From: Azolla caroliniana
Taxonomy: Eukaryota; Plantae; Polypodiophyta
DNA length: 64,000 nucleotides
NCBI GenBank assembly: GCA_043228905.1
Contig: JBHGNT010000006.1
Span: 13,454,001 to 13,518,000, forward strand
Reading direction: 5' to 3'
Part shown: piece by piece, positions 38,177 through 51,534 of the stretch
Layout of the letters: the number at the start of each line of letters is the position of its first letter
How positions within the stretch are numbered: the stretch's first letter is position 1
Position numbers and translations under genes: made by a program
Notes under the pieces: model-generated
Databases searched by the model: none
Seen by the model: the letters and a program-made list of their open reading frames with translations, nothing else
What the model was told of the DNA's origin: nothing

Positions 38177-38995
38177 TGTCGCGAAGGATTCCGGCCACAG
38201 AGGGAAACAGAGAGAAACGCGTGGGAATGGTTGTTTACATGGATATACAAAGTTTAGCCTTTATTTATGAAACATGTAATAACATTGGACTAGTAATGAC
38301 TAGGTAGTAGGGTTAATGGGCACTTTGAAGACCCGCACGGATAAAGAGGAATGTGGAGGTTTGACGTTAGGGAATTGAGGAAAATCTCTGTCGAAAGAGG
38401 TTGACTTAACTATCTGATGTAATAGCTCTCTCTCTCCTTGAGCTATAAAAGGAGGGAGAGAAGACTGAGAAAGGGATCCGGGAATTAGGAGGAGGAAGTG
38501 ACGTCAAATTGAGCGCCGAGTTCTCTACCTCTCTCTCTCTTTTCCCGTCTTGTGCTCTACACTGTTTCGAAGAGGGAGAGGAAGTCTTTGCAAGCGTTGG
38601 CAGTCTGTGTGCTCCCGACCAGAGATTCTTTGTCCTATCTCCTTCTGTGTGTCTCTCTTGAGAGCGCAAAGCGTTGTTGCCGGCCGCGCTTGGTTGTACT
38701 CTTTGGATTCTCTCTTAATCATTAGTTTGTTGAGTCCCCTTTGTTGGCGTTTCTGTGTGGCTCCTACTTGTCATGTGTTTGCCGTGCTCTTAGCTCGTGT
38801 CTTATTCCCGTCCTGAATATGTTGCGTGCACGTACGATTCCGCGAGCTTGTGCACTTGCCACTGTTCCTTGGCATCCTAACTGGGGAAAGATACACTCCC
38901 TTAGGCCGGCGAGCTGCTCTGCTCTGATCCGGGTATCGTTCCGTGTTTGATACGCCACCGCGAACCAGTCCGGCGTACCTATCTGGACTATGACA
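38177..38995 (+). repeat. 3' LTR of the Phygy-like element
   Basis: TGTCGCGAAG...TATGACA; CTATAAAAGG at ~38443; preceded by the same 3'-UTR motif (GGATGTGC...GGGGTGGA) as at 61092-61116. Confidence 0.75.
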
Positions 38996-39913
38996 CGGCC
39001 CTCGCTTCCCCCCTATTATGACTCCTTGGTCCGAGATCCCGGTGGTCCCATCCTATTTCTATGTATCCACGTGGAAAACCACGACAATGGATGTCTTCTT
39101 CGTCGAATTGTGTGACTGAGATCAAAGGTCTTGAGAGCTCATGTACATGTCGAACATTGTGTACTACTAGTGTAGAGCCACTCGGAAGATTGAGCTCTAC
39201 AATGCCGATTCCAATTACGCAATGTCAGGTTGAATATTGCCAAAATTGGGATGTATGAGGGGTCACATGACAAGACCCACCGGAATCCAATAGCCATGTG
39301 CTCGATTCATCAGTCGTAAGGAAAACTTCTAATTTGATTGAATTTTCAATGGATAGTATATTGGGGTCATCCCTCAATACTTCGGGTGATGAGTCGAGGT
39401 AGTTCACTTAGTTCGTTGAGGTTTATTGTTCTTTGCTTTGAGGGCGCAACAATCGGCGTTGATGTGTCTAGGTTTCTTGCAATAATTGCAAGTTCGATTA
39501 TCCTAGGGCTTGCTCCGGCTTCACTGATTTGTCGGCGGTCAAGAAGAACGTCTCCCATGATTGTTCGGTCGGTCGACCGAACCTTGTACTACGTAGGTAT
39601 CACTAGCTGAATCGTTTGCAAACAATTTTTTCCAACCTGCTTCTGTCAAGATTGAGCTCGTGACTTCGGAGTATTTTATTGCACACAGTTGTCACAAAAC
39701 TGTCCCAAGAAAGAGGGAGATTACTCATTAAAAGCATTGCTTTTAACCCGTCTTCGATTGTCGTCCCTTAAGCCGAAATCTAGGAGCTTAAACTTTCGTA
39801 CTCGTTCAGGTGTGCTTAGACCGAGTGGGATTTCGGAGTTGGGACGGAGCTTCTGGTTCCAGTCCAGTGGAGATCGGTCGGCATTCCGTCATGCCGAACT
39901 TGTACAACATAGT

Positions 39914-40333
39914 TGTAAAAAGAATAGTGTGCAAAAGCAAGTAGAAAACCGAGCACAGAAAATGCGCAGGTTTAACGGAGAGCTTGAATATACATAGTAG
40001 GCGGGAGAGAGAGAGAGAGAGAGAGAGAACACACAAAAAATCAATTCAAAATAATACTCAATCTGTACATCGGATGTGCTCAGTGAGCACTTTTATACAA
40101 GTCCATACGGACTGACAGAGGTACTGACACGTACTTCAATGCTCATAAATGAGCTCTGCACTAACTCCCAAAATATATTCCTACGCGGAATATCTTTCCA
40201 ACGGCCTCACGGTTTACGCGCCGCTACGACTTCTCGTTGCGTACCGGTCTGCGCACAAGTTTACGCACCCATTTTACGCACCGGTCTGGCCTAACCGATC
40301 CGGTTCTCGGCTTGCACAGCTGATCCGGCCAAT
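39914..40333 (-). repeat. Copia LTR-like relic interrupting the host RT
   Basis: Similar in organisation to LTR 51076-51534 (AGGTTTAA.GGAGA, TTATACAAGTCCATA); RT coding sequence on both sides; no clean TSD. Confidence 0.6.
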
Positions 40334-40464
40334 GTTAAGCCGTCGGGGGTTCGGATCACCTCAATCCCAAGGAAATAGTGAAGGTCCCCCAGGTCCTTCA
40401 TCTCAAATGTGTCCGACAGTTGAGACTTGACTCGGCTGATTTCATCGAGTCCAGGTCCGGTGAT

Positions 40465-43400
40465 TGTTAAGAAAACGTGAAGAAGGCACTCGGGCTCTTC
40501 TTTTGTGTGCGCGGCGGATCGTAGTGTGCTGGATCGTTAGCGTGCTCTAAACAGATAGAGAAAGGAAAGGGGACTTACCTCTGTAGTAGCAAAATGGTTT
40601 TCTTCTAGTACATGTAGAGCTCAACTTGCTCTCGTCAGTCTTCTGGTCTCTCACTCTCTCAGAGTTCTCTACTCACTATTCTCTGTTTTTTCTTACTACT
40701 TACTTCCTATTCACTCTCACTTACTTTTACCTAAGTCATAAGTTATTACACATGCAGCTAATTAGCTGCCAGTAGCTAATTAGCTGTCAGTCGCTAAATA
40801 GCTGTTCACTAGCTAATTAGCTGTCACTAGCTAAATAGCTGTTTTACCTTTTTGTTCACTAGTAGCTAAATAGCTACTATAGCTTATTTCTCATAAGCAT
40901 CACATACCATGTTGAGCTTGCTTCTCAACACTCCCCCTCAAGCTCAACTTATCCTTTCTTGGGGTTATCTACAACTTCTTTTCCATTTTGCTTTTTAGCC
41001 ATCTCATCAATGTTTACAACTCCCATCATGTTCCGAAACTGTGTATGCTTTTCCACACTCAATCCCTTTGTGAGAATATCAACAACCTACTGATTTGTAT
41101 TCACATACACCAGATCAACTTCTCCTTCAATCACTTTTTCTCTAACAAAGTGATAATGCACTTCAATGTGCTTTGTTCTTGCATGGAACACAGGGTTCTT
41201 TGCAAGTTGAATGCTGCTCATGTTGTCACACCAGATTGTGACAGTACCGTCTATATACTCTCCCAAATCAGCAAGCAATCTTCTAATCCATACCTCTTCA
41301 CAAGTGGCTATGGTAGCTCCTCTGTACTCAGCTTCAGTACTAGACAATGCAACAGTAGCCTGTTTCTTGCTACTCCATGAAATACCTGCACTTCCCAATG
41401 TAAAGATATATCCACTTGTGGATCTCCTGTCTGTTTGGCTTCCAGCCCAATCAGCATCTGTATATCCTTCCAGATTTATGTCCAAATCAGCCCTGTAAAA
41501 CAATCCATAGTTCTGAGTAGCTTTTACATACCTCAGAATTCTTCTAATGCAGTCCAAATGTGGCTTTGTTGGCTGTTGCATAAACTGGCTGACTAATCCA
41601 ACAGCATAGCTCAAATCAGGTCTTGTTATCGTCAAATAAATAAGGCTGCCCACCATAGACCTGTACATGTTTACATCTTCTATCTTGGCTCCCAAATCAG
41701 CCCTCAACTTGCAGTTTTTATCAAGTGGTACAGCAATAGGTTTGCATCCAAGCATACCATACTTTTTCAACATAGTTGTTGCATACTGTTTTTGCAACAT
41801 ACATATACCACTTTCAGATCTGATGATTTCAATACCAAGAAAATATCTCAGATCTCCCAAATCTTTCATATGAAACTGCATTTCCAGATTTTTTTCCAAC
41901 TTTCTTATTTCATCCACGGAATCTCCTCCAATAATCAAATCATCTACATAAATCAGAATAATAACAATGCAATCATTTTCACTTTTTACATACAAAGAAG
42001 GATCAGCTTTTGACATTTTGAAACCAAGATTTTTCAGAGAATCTGAAAGTTCTCTGTGCCATGCTCTTGGTGCCTGTTTCAGTCCATAGAGAGCTTTTTT
42101 CAGCTTACATACATAATCAGGATGTTTCTTATCTTCAAAACCTGGTGGTTGACTCATATACACTTCTTCTTCCAAGTTACCATGTAAAAAAGCATTTTTT
42201 ACATCCATGTGATGCAAAATCCATTTTCTGGCTGCTCCTACAGCAAGTAGTGTTCTCAAGGTTGCCATCTTTGCAACCGGTGCAAAAGTCTCATCATAAT
42301 CAATCCCTTGCATCTGAGCATATCCTTTTGCAACCAATCTTGCTTTATGTCTACTTACATTCCCATTGGAGTCATGCTTTGTCTTGTAGACCCATTTGCA
42401 GCCTACCACATTTTTCTCTTTTGGTAACTTCACTAAATCCCACGTTTTGTTCTCAGCCAATGCATCAATCTCTTCTTGCATTGCATCCATCCATTTCTTC
42501 TCAGATTTTGCTTCTTCAAAGCTGTTTGGGTCAGGGATCTGTACCACCTTAGACATATATGCATAGTGCATAGCCATATATGTATCATACCCAAATCTTT
42601 CCACAGTCTTTTTCTCTCTATCTGATCTTCTCAGTTCCTGATTTGCATTCTTTATTGCCTTTTCCATACCAGGGATTTTCATTTCCTGTATTCCAAGGAA
42701 ATCATCCAAAGACATATCTGAATCTTCATCTTCCATGTTTTTTGATAGGTCATCCGGGATTTCATACTCTGGCATTTTCTGTTTTCCTTTTTTGTCATCA
42801 GATTTTTTCTGTCCAGTTTTTCCACTCCATGAATTTGAATCAGATTTACCATCTGAGCTTTTTGATGGTCCAGAACATTCTGTTGATGTTGGACTTTGCT
42901 GTCCAACCTTGTCTCCATCTCTGTGACAGTCTTCTACATTTTCTGATTTGTCTTTGTCTTCATTTTGACAGTCTTCATCAGTCTCTAGATTCTGTTTTGG
43001 GCTGTACCAACTAGCCAACTCATCAAATATCACATCTCGACTTGTCACAATCTTTTTAGTCACAGGGTTATAACATCTGTACCCTTTTTGTTCTTTTGAA
43101 TATCCAACAAAGATACATTTTTCTGCTTTTGGATCCAACTTACTTCTTACTTCTGCAGGCACATGTACATATGCAAGGCATCCAAACACTTTCAAGTGTT
43201 GTAAGCTAGGCTTCCTGCCATAAAAACAGTCTTCAGGAGTTGCCTCATGTACTCCTGATGTAATACATCTATTTAAAATGTAATTTGCTGTATTTACAGC
43301 TTCTGCCCAATAGTATAATGGCATGTTCTTCTCAGTCATCATTGCCCTTGCTATGTTCACCAAAGTTCTGTTTTTCCTCTCAGCAACTCCATTTTGCTGT

Positions 43401-45900
43401 GGAGTATATCGGCATGTGAACTGTCTTCTTATTCCCTGATTACACAAAAAATCAGAAAATTCATTGGAGAAATACTCTCCTCCTCCATCAGATCTCAAAC
43501 ATTTTATCCTTGTACCAGCCTGCTTTTCTACCATGCATTTAAACTTACGAAAACAGTCAAATACTTCACTTTTCTCCTTCATGAAGTACACCCATGTCTT
43601 CCGTGAACAATCATCAATAAATGTAACATAAAATCTGCATCCACCAATAGATGCATTCTTTGTTGGTCCCCATACATCTGTATGTACCAAATCCAACAGA
43701 TTTTTGCTTACATGTCTCTCATGAGGGAATGGCAACCTGTTTTGCTTACCATATTGACATGCTTCACATACTTTTCCCATTTCACACTTTTTCAAGTTTG
43801 GCAGTCCAGCCACTGCATCTTTTCTCAACATATTCTTTAATGTTTGCATACTTATATGGCCAATCCTTTTATGCCACATTTCCACAGATGAGATTACACT
43901 CGTTCCATTTGCAAACATGGTTGAAATCTGTTTGGGCATTTCTACATCCAAGATAAACATTCTTCCTTGTCTCTTCCCTTTTGCAATGAGCTTCCCATTC
44001 TTTTCTATATAGCATCCACTTGGCTTAAACTTCACTTGCATACCTTGCTCTACAATCTGTCCAACAGAAATCAGATTCTTAGCAAGGTTTGGAACATGCA
44101 TCACATTCAACATATACTTGGTTTTTCCTCTTTCTTCCCACAATGGGATATCTCCAACATGTTTTATTTGGTGAGTTGTGTCATCACCTGTTTGTACATA
44201 ACCAGGAACCTCTGGTTCTCTTAAACTCTCAAACCAATTTGCATGTCCAGTCATATGGTTAGATGCCCCCGAGTCTACATACCACGTAAACTCTTCATTA
44301 CATTTCTGTGAGCTTTCAGCCACTGCTGCTATCTCATGTTGCACTACAAAAACACCTTCCTTTTCACAATCTTCACTAGTAGAGGCATAGTTACTCTGTT
44401 GTCCTTTTCCTCTTTTCTCATCATTTTGTTTCTTGTAACATTCAGCCTGTGTATGGCCTGGTTTACCACAATACCAGCAGCCATCATCATTTACATAAGT
44501 TTGCTTACCTCTACCTCGGTTGCTCCCCCTGCCTCTGTTGTTGTTTCCTCCTCTATGAGCTTGTTGTCCTCTTCCTTGAAAACCATTATTATTGGTTCTT
44601 CCTGAGCCAAATCTTCCATGGCCTCTTCCTCGGCCTCTTCCGGCATTATTATAGAGGGCTTGCCCCTCGTTCTCTGAGTTTCCTTTATTTGCATCATCCA
44701 TCTGATTCCTTTCCTCTACCACAAGCATTGAGACCAGATCTGAAAAACTTGGGATACTATCCCTTGTGAGCATAGAAGTTTTAAAACTCTTGTATTGAGG
44801 TCCTAAGCCTCTTAAGCATATTTCCACTTTGTCATCATCTTCTATCTTCACATTGATAGAAGCAAGTGATTCACATATACTCTTGATTTTTAGGGCATAC
44901 TCATTTATTGACATCTTACCTTTTTCTAAGGTATTTAGCTCAGTCTTCAACTGTAGCTTTCTAGCTTTTGTGTTTACTGCAAACAGTTTTACCAAACTGT
45001 CCCAAGCTTCTTTTGGGAGCATAGCATCCTATATGTGCCCAAGCATCGAATCTGAGATGCTAAGTGAGAGCCAATGCATTACCTTCCTTGCCCCTTGATT
45101 CCAATCTTTGAATGCTTTAATCTGTGCTGCTGTGGCATTTTCTTCTGGGATCTCCGGAGCCTCTTCTAGGTCTCCTTCAATGTAATCCCAGTATCCTTTC
45201 CCCATTAGGAAATTTGTCATTCTAAATTTCCACGCCGGGAAATTGTTTTTATCTAGTTTCTCTGTAACTATTTGGCCCGCATTCTTTGCAGCCATTATCT
45301 CTTCCAAACTAGGTTTTCTGTTACAATTACTTCAACAAGTAACTTTCTGATTCAGATCAGCAAACAGAGAAATACCTTTCTCAGATCTATGCACTTTTGT
45401 ACTCTTCTTTATGAGCAACTCTGCTCTGATACCATGTTAAGAAAACGTGAAGAAGGCACTCGGGCTCTTCTTTTGTGTGCGCGGCGGATCGTAGTGTGCT
45501 GGATCGTTAGCGTGCTCTAAACAGACAGAGAAAGGAAAGGGGACTTACCTCTGTAGTAGCAAAATGGTTTTCTTCTATTACATGTAGAGCTCAACTTGCT
45601 CTCGTCAGTCTTCTGGTCTCTCACTCTCTCAGAGTTCTCTACTCACTATTCTTTGTTTTTTCTTACTACTTACTTCCTATTCACTCTCACTTACTTTTAC
45701 CTAAGTCATAAGTTATTACACATGCAGCTAATTAGCTGCCAGTAGCTAATTAGCTGTCAGTCGCTAAATAGCTGTTCACTAGCTAATTAGCTGTCACTAG
45801 CTAAATAGTTGTTTTACCTTTTTGTTCACTAGTAGCTAAATAGCTACTATAGCTTATTTCTCATAAGCATCACATACCATGTTGAGCTTGCTTCTCAACA
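40465..45900 (-). mobile_element. Young full-length Ty1/copia retrotransposon
   Basis: 466-bp LTRs (40465-40930, 45435-45900) with 4 differences counted by eye; perfect TSD GTGAT; PBS TGGTATCAGAGC (45423-45434); PPT AGCTTGAGGGGGAG (40931-40944). Confidence 0.98.
40949..45295 (-). pseudogene. Copia gag-pol single frame (~1448 aa) with two premature TAG stops (45029, 41087)
   Basis: CWYCGKPGHTQAEC; VDSGASNH; WHKRIGH..CEAC; HTDVWGP; YVDDL; TDADWAG; HARTKHIEVHYHF. Confidence 0.95.
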
Positions 45901-48900
45901 GTGATGACTAGATCATCAACATACAACAAGATGCAAACCGGATCATCCAGACCTTGCTGGATGAACACTGAAGAGTCGGACTTGGAGGCCACAAACCCCA
46001 TCTTACACAACCGGTGCGTGATCTTCGCATTCCAAGCTTAGGGGGCTTGCATGAGGCCATAAAGTGACTTCTTCAGCTGGCATACTACCGACTTGTTCAT
46101 CTCCGACTGGAAACCGGGGGGTTGGGTCATAAAGACCTCTTCTTCAAGATCACCTTGAAGAAATGCATTCTTCACATCCATCTGGTGAAGATGCCACCCC
46201 CTTGCCACAACAACCGCCAGCACCACAGGAATCGTCGTCATCTTCGCTACCGGAGCGAAGGTCTCGTCGTAGTCAATTCCGTCGATCTGCGCGTATCCCT
46301 TCGCCACTAACTGGGCCTTGTACCGGTTAACCACACTATCGGCATTGTGCTTTACCTTGTATACCCACTTACATCTGATCGGTTTACAGTGTCGGGGAGG
46401 GTCAACTAGGTCCCATGTCTCGTTGGCATCAAGTGTCCGCATTTCTTCCTCCATAGCGGCACGCCAATTTGCATCCTTTGCCGCATCTGCGTAGCTCTCC
46501 GGCTCACGCACTTCTGCCACCTTGGTCATGTACGCATAGTGATGCGCCATGTACTCATTGTACCCGTACCGCTTCACGGGGTTCTTCTGGCGGGAAGACC
46601 GGCGTAAATTATCGTTACCGGTTTGAGGCCCTTCTTGGCTGGTTTGGACTTCGTTCCCGAAGATCCACTTTCCTCCTTTCCAGAGTCGGATTCACTCCGA
46701 TTCAACTCAACGTTGCCGATTTCGTATTCCGGCATCTTCTTCTTCCCCTTCTCTTTGCACATGAATCATTTCCTTGGTTCCTTGCGCGGGGAGAGCACGG
46801 TAGAGTCTCCACTACTCGGCGGTTCCTCATCCAACTGGTCATCTCGACTCAGCCGCTCGTTCGGCCCGCTCAACCGAAACGATTCCGGACTCAGATCTAG
46901 AGTCTCGAACCCATCGTCTTCTCCCTGGACCGGTTCAGGCTCACTAGCCTTATCCTCCGGTATTGGGTCGGGGTCGGAAGTCGGAGCCGGTAAGGCATAC
47001 CATGATACCGTCTCATCAAACTCAACATCCCGGCTAACTCGGACCTCCTTTGTCTGGGGGTTATAACACTTATACCCCTTTTGTTCATGCGAGTAACCGA
47101 CCAGGATGCATTTCTCCAACTTTGCATCCAACTTCCTCCGCTTCTCATCTGACACATGCACATATGCAATGCTACCGAATATCCGAAGGTGTCTCAAATT
47201 TGGTTTGCGCCCGAAATATAGCTCATGCGCGGACACCTTGTCACCGATCCGGTTTTGGATATAGATGGTCGTCCGGACAGCCTCGGCCCATTAGAAATGG
47301 GGCATGCTCTTCTCCTCCAACATTGCCTTTGCCGCGTCAATAATCGACCAGTTCTTCCTTTTGGCCACACCATTTTGCTCCGGTGTGTATCTGCACCTGA
47401 ACTCTCTCTGAATTCCTTTTTGCTGCAGATAACTATTGAATTGGCCGGAAAAATATTCTTTTTCGCCATCCGATCGCAGGCACTTGATCTTCCTCTCCAT
47501 TTCCCGTTCAACCAGGCTTTGCAGGTTTCGGAAACACTCAAAGACTTCGCTCTTCTGCTCAATGAGGTAGATCCATGTGTGCCGGCTGTAGTCGTCGATG
47601 AAGGTGATGAAATATCGACTCCCGCCAAGACTAACGTTCTGTGTCGAGCTTGTTACGGCTATGGTTTCGTTCGGTGGGGGATTGAAGCCGGTGTTGCTTC
47701 CCGAGTTGGCAGGCTTCACATATTTGGGCCTTCTGGCCACTGAACTTCGACAAACCAAAAACAACTTGTTTCATTTTGAAAGACTTGAAGCCTCCGGTAA
47801 TTGACATGGCTGATCCGCTTGTGCCAGAGATCAATATCCGATTCAATCTTTTGTCCTTTGGGGAACAAAGCGGTGCCGACATCATTGGTGTCGAGGATGA
47901 ACATCCTCCCATCTCTGCGCCCTTCCGCAATAATTTGGCCCTCTTCCTCGATGAAGCACCCAAGGTGCATAAACTGCACCCACATCCCCTGGTCAACAAT
48001 CCGACCAACTGACACCAGGTTCTTTGTGATAGTCAGAACGTGTAATAAGTTCATCAGCTTCCCCCTCTGTCCAACGTGGCTCAAAGGGACTTCTCCAATA
48101 TGCACGATTGGGTGAGTGTAGTCTCCGGTTTCGACGACTCCCGGTTGTTCTAGTTTCTCCAAGAAAGAGAACCACTCTTTCTTGTAAGGGAGGCTCGACG
48201 AGGTCCCATGTGTCATTGGCATCAAGTGCCCGCATTTCTTCTTCCATAGCGGCACTCCAATTTGCGTCATTTGCCGCTTCTGCGTAGCTCTCTAGCTCAC
48301 GCACTTCCACCACTTTGGTCATGTACGCATAATGATGCACCATGTACTCATTGTACCTGTACCAAGTAACGGGGTCCTTCTGGTGGGAAGACTGGAGTAA
48401 CTTGTCATCACCCGGTTTGGGGCCCTTCTTGGCTGGCTCAGGCTTCGTTCCTGAAGATTCGCCTTCATCCTTTCCGTACTCGGAGTCACTCCGATCCGAC
48501 TCAACGTTGCGGGTTTCGTATTCCGACATTTTCCGCTTCCCTTTCTCTTTGCACATGAACCATCTCCTCGGTTCTTTGCGCGGGGAGAGCACGGTAGAGT
48601 CTCCACTACTTCACCGGTTCCTCATCTGACTGGTCATCCCAACTGAACCGCTCATTCAGTCCACTTAGCCTGAATGAGATCGTACTTTCTTCTAGAGTGT
48701 CGAGTTCTTCATCTTCTTCCTTGACCTTGTTGGGCTCACTAGCCTCATCTTCCAAAATCGGGTCTTCGTCAGGAGTTGGAGTCGGTAGGGAGTACCATGA
48801 TGTTGTCTCATCAAACTCGACATCTCAGCTTACTCGGACCTGCTTTGTTCGGGGGTTATAGCACTTATACTGCTTTTGCTCTTGCGAGTAGCCGACTAGG

Positions 48901-51534
48901 ATGCACTTCTCTGACTTCGGATCCAGCTTCCTCCGCTTCTCATCCAGTACATGCACATATTCTATGCTACCGAATATACGAAGGTGTCTCAAATTCAACT
49001 TCCACCCTAAATACAGCTCATGTGTTGACACCTTGTCTCTGATCCGGTTTTGGATGTAGATGGCCGTCTGGACTGCCTCAGCTCAGTAGAATTGGGTCAT
49101 GCTCTTCTCCTCCAGCATTTCCCTTGCCGCATCGACAATCGACCTGTTCTTCCTTTCGGCCACACCGTTTTGCTCCGGTGTGTATCTGCAGCTGAATTAT
49201 CTCCAAATTCCATTCTGCTGCAGATAACTGTTGACTTGGCTAGAAATGTATTCTTTTCCGCGATCCGATCGCAAGCACTTGACCTTCCTCTCCGTTTCCC
49301 GTTCAACTAAGCTTTGCAAGTTCTGGAAACATTCGAAAACTTTGCTCTTCTGTTCGATGAGGTAGATCCACGTGTGCCGGCTGTAGTCGTTGATGTAGGA
49401 GACGAAGTATCGACTCCCGCCAAGACGAACGTTCTGTGCCGGTCCCCATACATCTGAATGTAGTAGATCAAGCTTGTTACGGCTCCAGCTTCACATATTT
49501 GGGCCTTCCGGCCACTGAATTTCAGCAATCCGAACACAACTTGTTTCGATTGCAGGTCTTCAAGCCTCCGATAATTGACGTGGCCGACCTGTTTGTGCCA
49601 CAGATCGATATCTAATTCAATCTTCTTTCCTTTGGCAAACATGGCAGGGCCGATGTCATTAGTGATGAGGATGAACATCCTCCCTTCTCTACAACCTTGC
49701 GCAATTATCCAGCCTTCTTCCTCTATGAAGCACCCCAGGTGCGTAAACCGCACTTGCATCCCCTAGTTGACGATTTGTCCGACCAATACCAGGTTCTTTG
49801 TGATTGTCAGAATGTGTAGTATGTTCATCAGCTTCCCCTTCTGTCCAACATGACTCAAAAGGGACTTCTCCGACATGCACAATCCCCAGTTGTTTCGGTT
49901 TTTCCAAAAAAGAGAACCATTCTTCATGGCTCGTCATGTGGTTGGATGCTCCGGAATCAACGTACCATACTTCCTCCGATTTGGAAGTAGTCTTCTTCGT
50001 CGAGTTAGCCTTGTGCTTCATCATGAAGGTTGGCCCCTTTCCGGTTTTCCCAGTTACGGATCCCTCCGATCCTTCCGTGTAGTGCGAGCTTTGCCAGTTT
50101 TCCCGACCAGTTTTGCCGGATCTGGATTTGTCCAAATCGGCGCGCTTCTTCCAGCACTCACTTTCCCTGTGGCCGTTTTTGCCACAATACCAGCATTTCG
50201 TGTTGACTTTGCCTTGCCTGCTTCTGGCACTGCTTTGACTCCCCTGCTTGTGGAGGGTCCGGAACTGCTGTTGGCACCATCTTTGTGCCTTCGGTTCTAC
50301 TCTTGTCGGCTGCCTCCATTGCGTGCAGACCCACCTCGTCCACCACGTCCATGGGGCCAATCTGTCTCCGTGTACAGCATTCGGTCGTCCGATTGAGTGG
50401 TCCTAGACCCACTCGCGTGGTTTTCTTCGATCATTAACATCGATTGCAAGTCGAAGAAAGTCGGTGGCTTCTCCTGAGTGTAGATTGATGTCTGGATTGG
50501 CCCGTACCTTTGCGTTAGCCACTGAGGAAGATTTGTACCATCTCGTCCTCGTCCACCGTCACGTTGATGGACCCAAGGGCGTCACAAATCTCCTTTATCT
50601 TGGTGGTGTAGTCCATAACCGACATGTCTCTTTGCCAGATGTTGTTCAGCTCTTGCTAGAGCTACAACTTACGGGTCGTGGTACTCACGGCGAAAATCTT
50701 CCTCAAATTTCCCCAGGCTTTTTTCGGCGTTTTTGCATCCTTTATGTAGCCGAGCATTTGACCGTGCACACAGGACGCAAGGCAATACAATACTCGGCTC
50801 ACTCCTTGCTCTCAAACCAGGAAGTCATTGTGTGCCGGCTCCGGCGCTACCTCATTCGTTCCTTCCACGAAGCTCCAATATCCATGCCCCAGCAGGTACT
50901 AGTGTATTTTATATGACCATGATGTGTAGTTGCTCCGGTCGAGCTTCTATGTGGGAAGTGAACTCGCCATAGCTCTGTCCATATCTTTCTCTGTCTGTCC
51001 TTACCGAGTATAAGGGTTTTTCTTTGAAAGCGTCTGTCGGCTATAGAGGTTCTCAACCCTCACACTTTGATACCATGTGAATGTAAATGTGCGGAAGCAT
51101 TAGACAGAACCAGCTCAGTCAGATAGCAACAGAGAATAAGATGAAGGTTTAATGGAGAAGCTTAGTATACAAAGAGTATACGTGGGAGAGACAAAGAGAG
51201 CATAACGTAAACGTAGATTCAAAAAAATGAAAATACTCTGTAACTCTGTACATACAACATGCTAAACAACACTAGTTATACAAGTCCATAAAGGACTAAC
51301 AAGTACTTCAATATTCCTACGTGCAACTAACACTAATTACGAGACAATGATTACCTAGTAGTCTAGGCTACTACTAGGCTTCCGGTTCCCGCTCGAATCC
51401 GGCTCTCCGATCCGTCTCCCCGATCCGGATACCGATCCAGCTCATCCTTCTGGATGCCAATATTGCTCAGGCTTATTCAGTTGATCCGGATCCGGTTGAC
51501 CTTGCTCGCTCAACAAAATCGAACATGTTCAACA

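Larger units (their letters stand above)
26470..38995 (+). mobile_element. Degenerate Phygy-like Ty3/gypsy: partial 5' LTR (~26470-26663 plus 31959-32676), PBS-Trp, gag-pol remnants 33470-38104, 3' LTR 38177-38995
   Basis: PBS TGGTGAACCCGACGTGA (32681-32697); protease LIDHGSESNL; RT PFLDDIP; IN C-terminus WFGPYVV; purine-rich tract then TGTCGCGAAG at 38177; carries two copia insertions. Confidence 0.8.
39050..51534 (-). mobile_element. Older degenerate Ty1/copia complex with duplicated integrase region; host of the young copia
   Basis: 5' LTR 51076-51534 with degenerate iMet PBS (51064-51075); gag knuckle CWYCGKNGHRESEC; two IN copies; RT YVDDLVIT|GPGLDEI is split by the 40465-45900 insertion; left boundary approximate. 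Confidence 0.85.

Noticed and set aside
45029-45031. Programmed stop-codon readthrough in the young copia
   Set aside because: The TAG is inside the Gag N-terminal region, not at a gag/pol boundary, and fits the CAG-to-TAG decay pattern.
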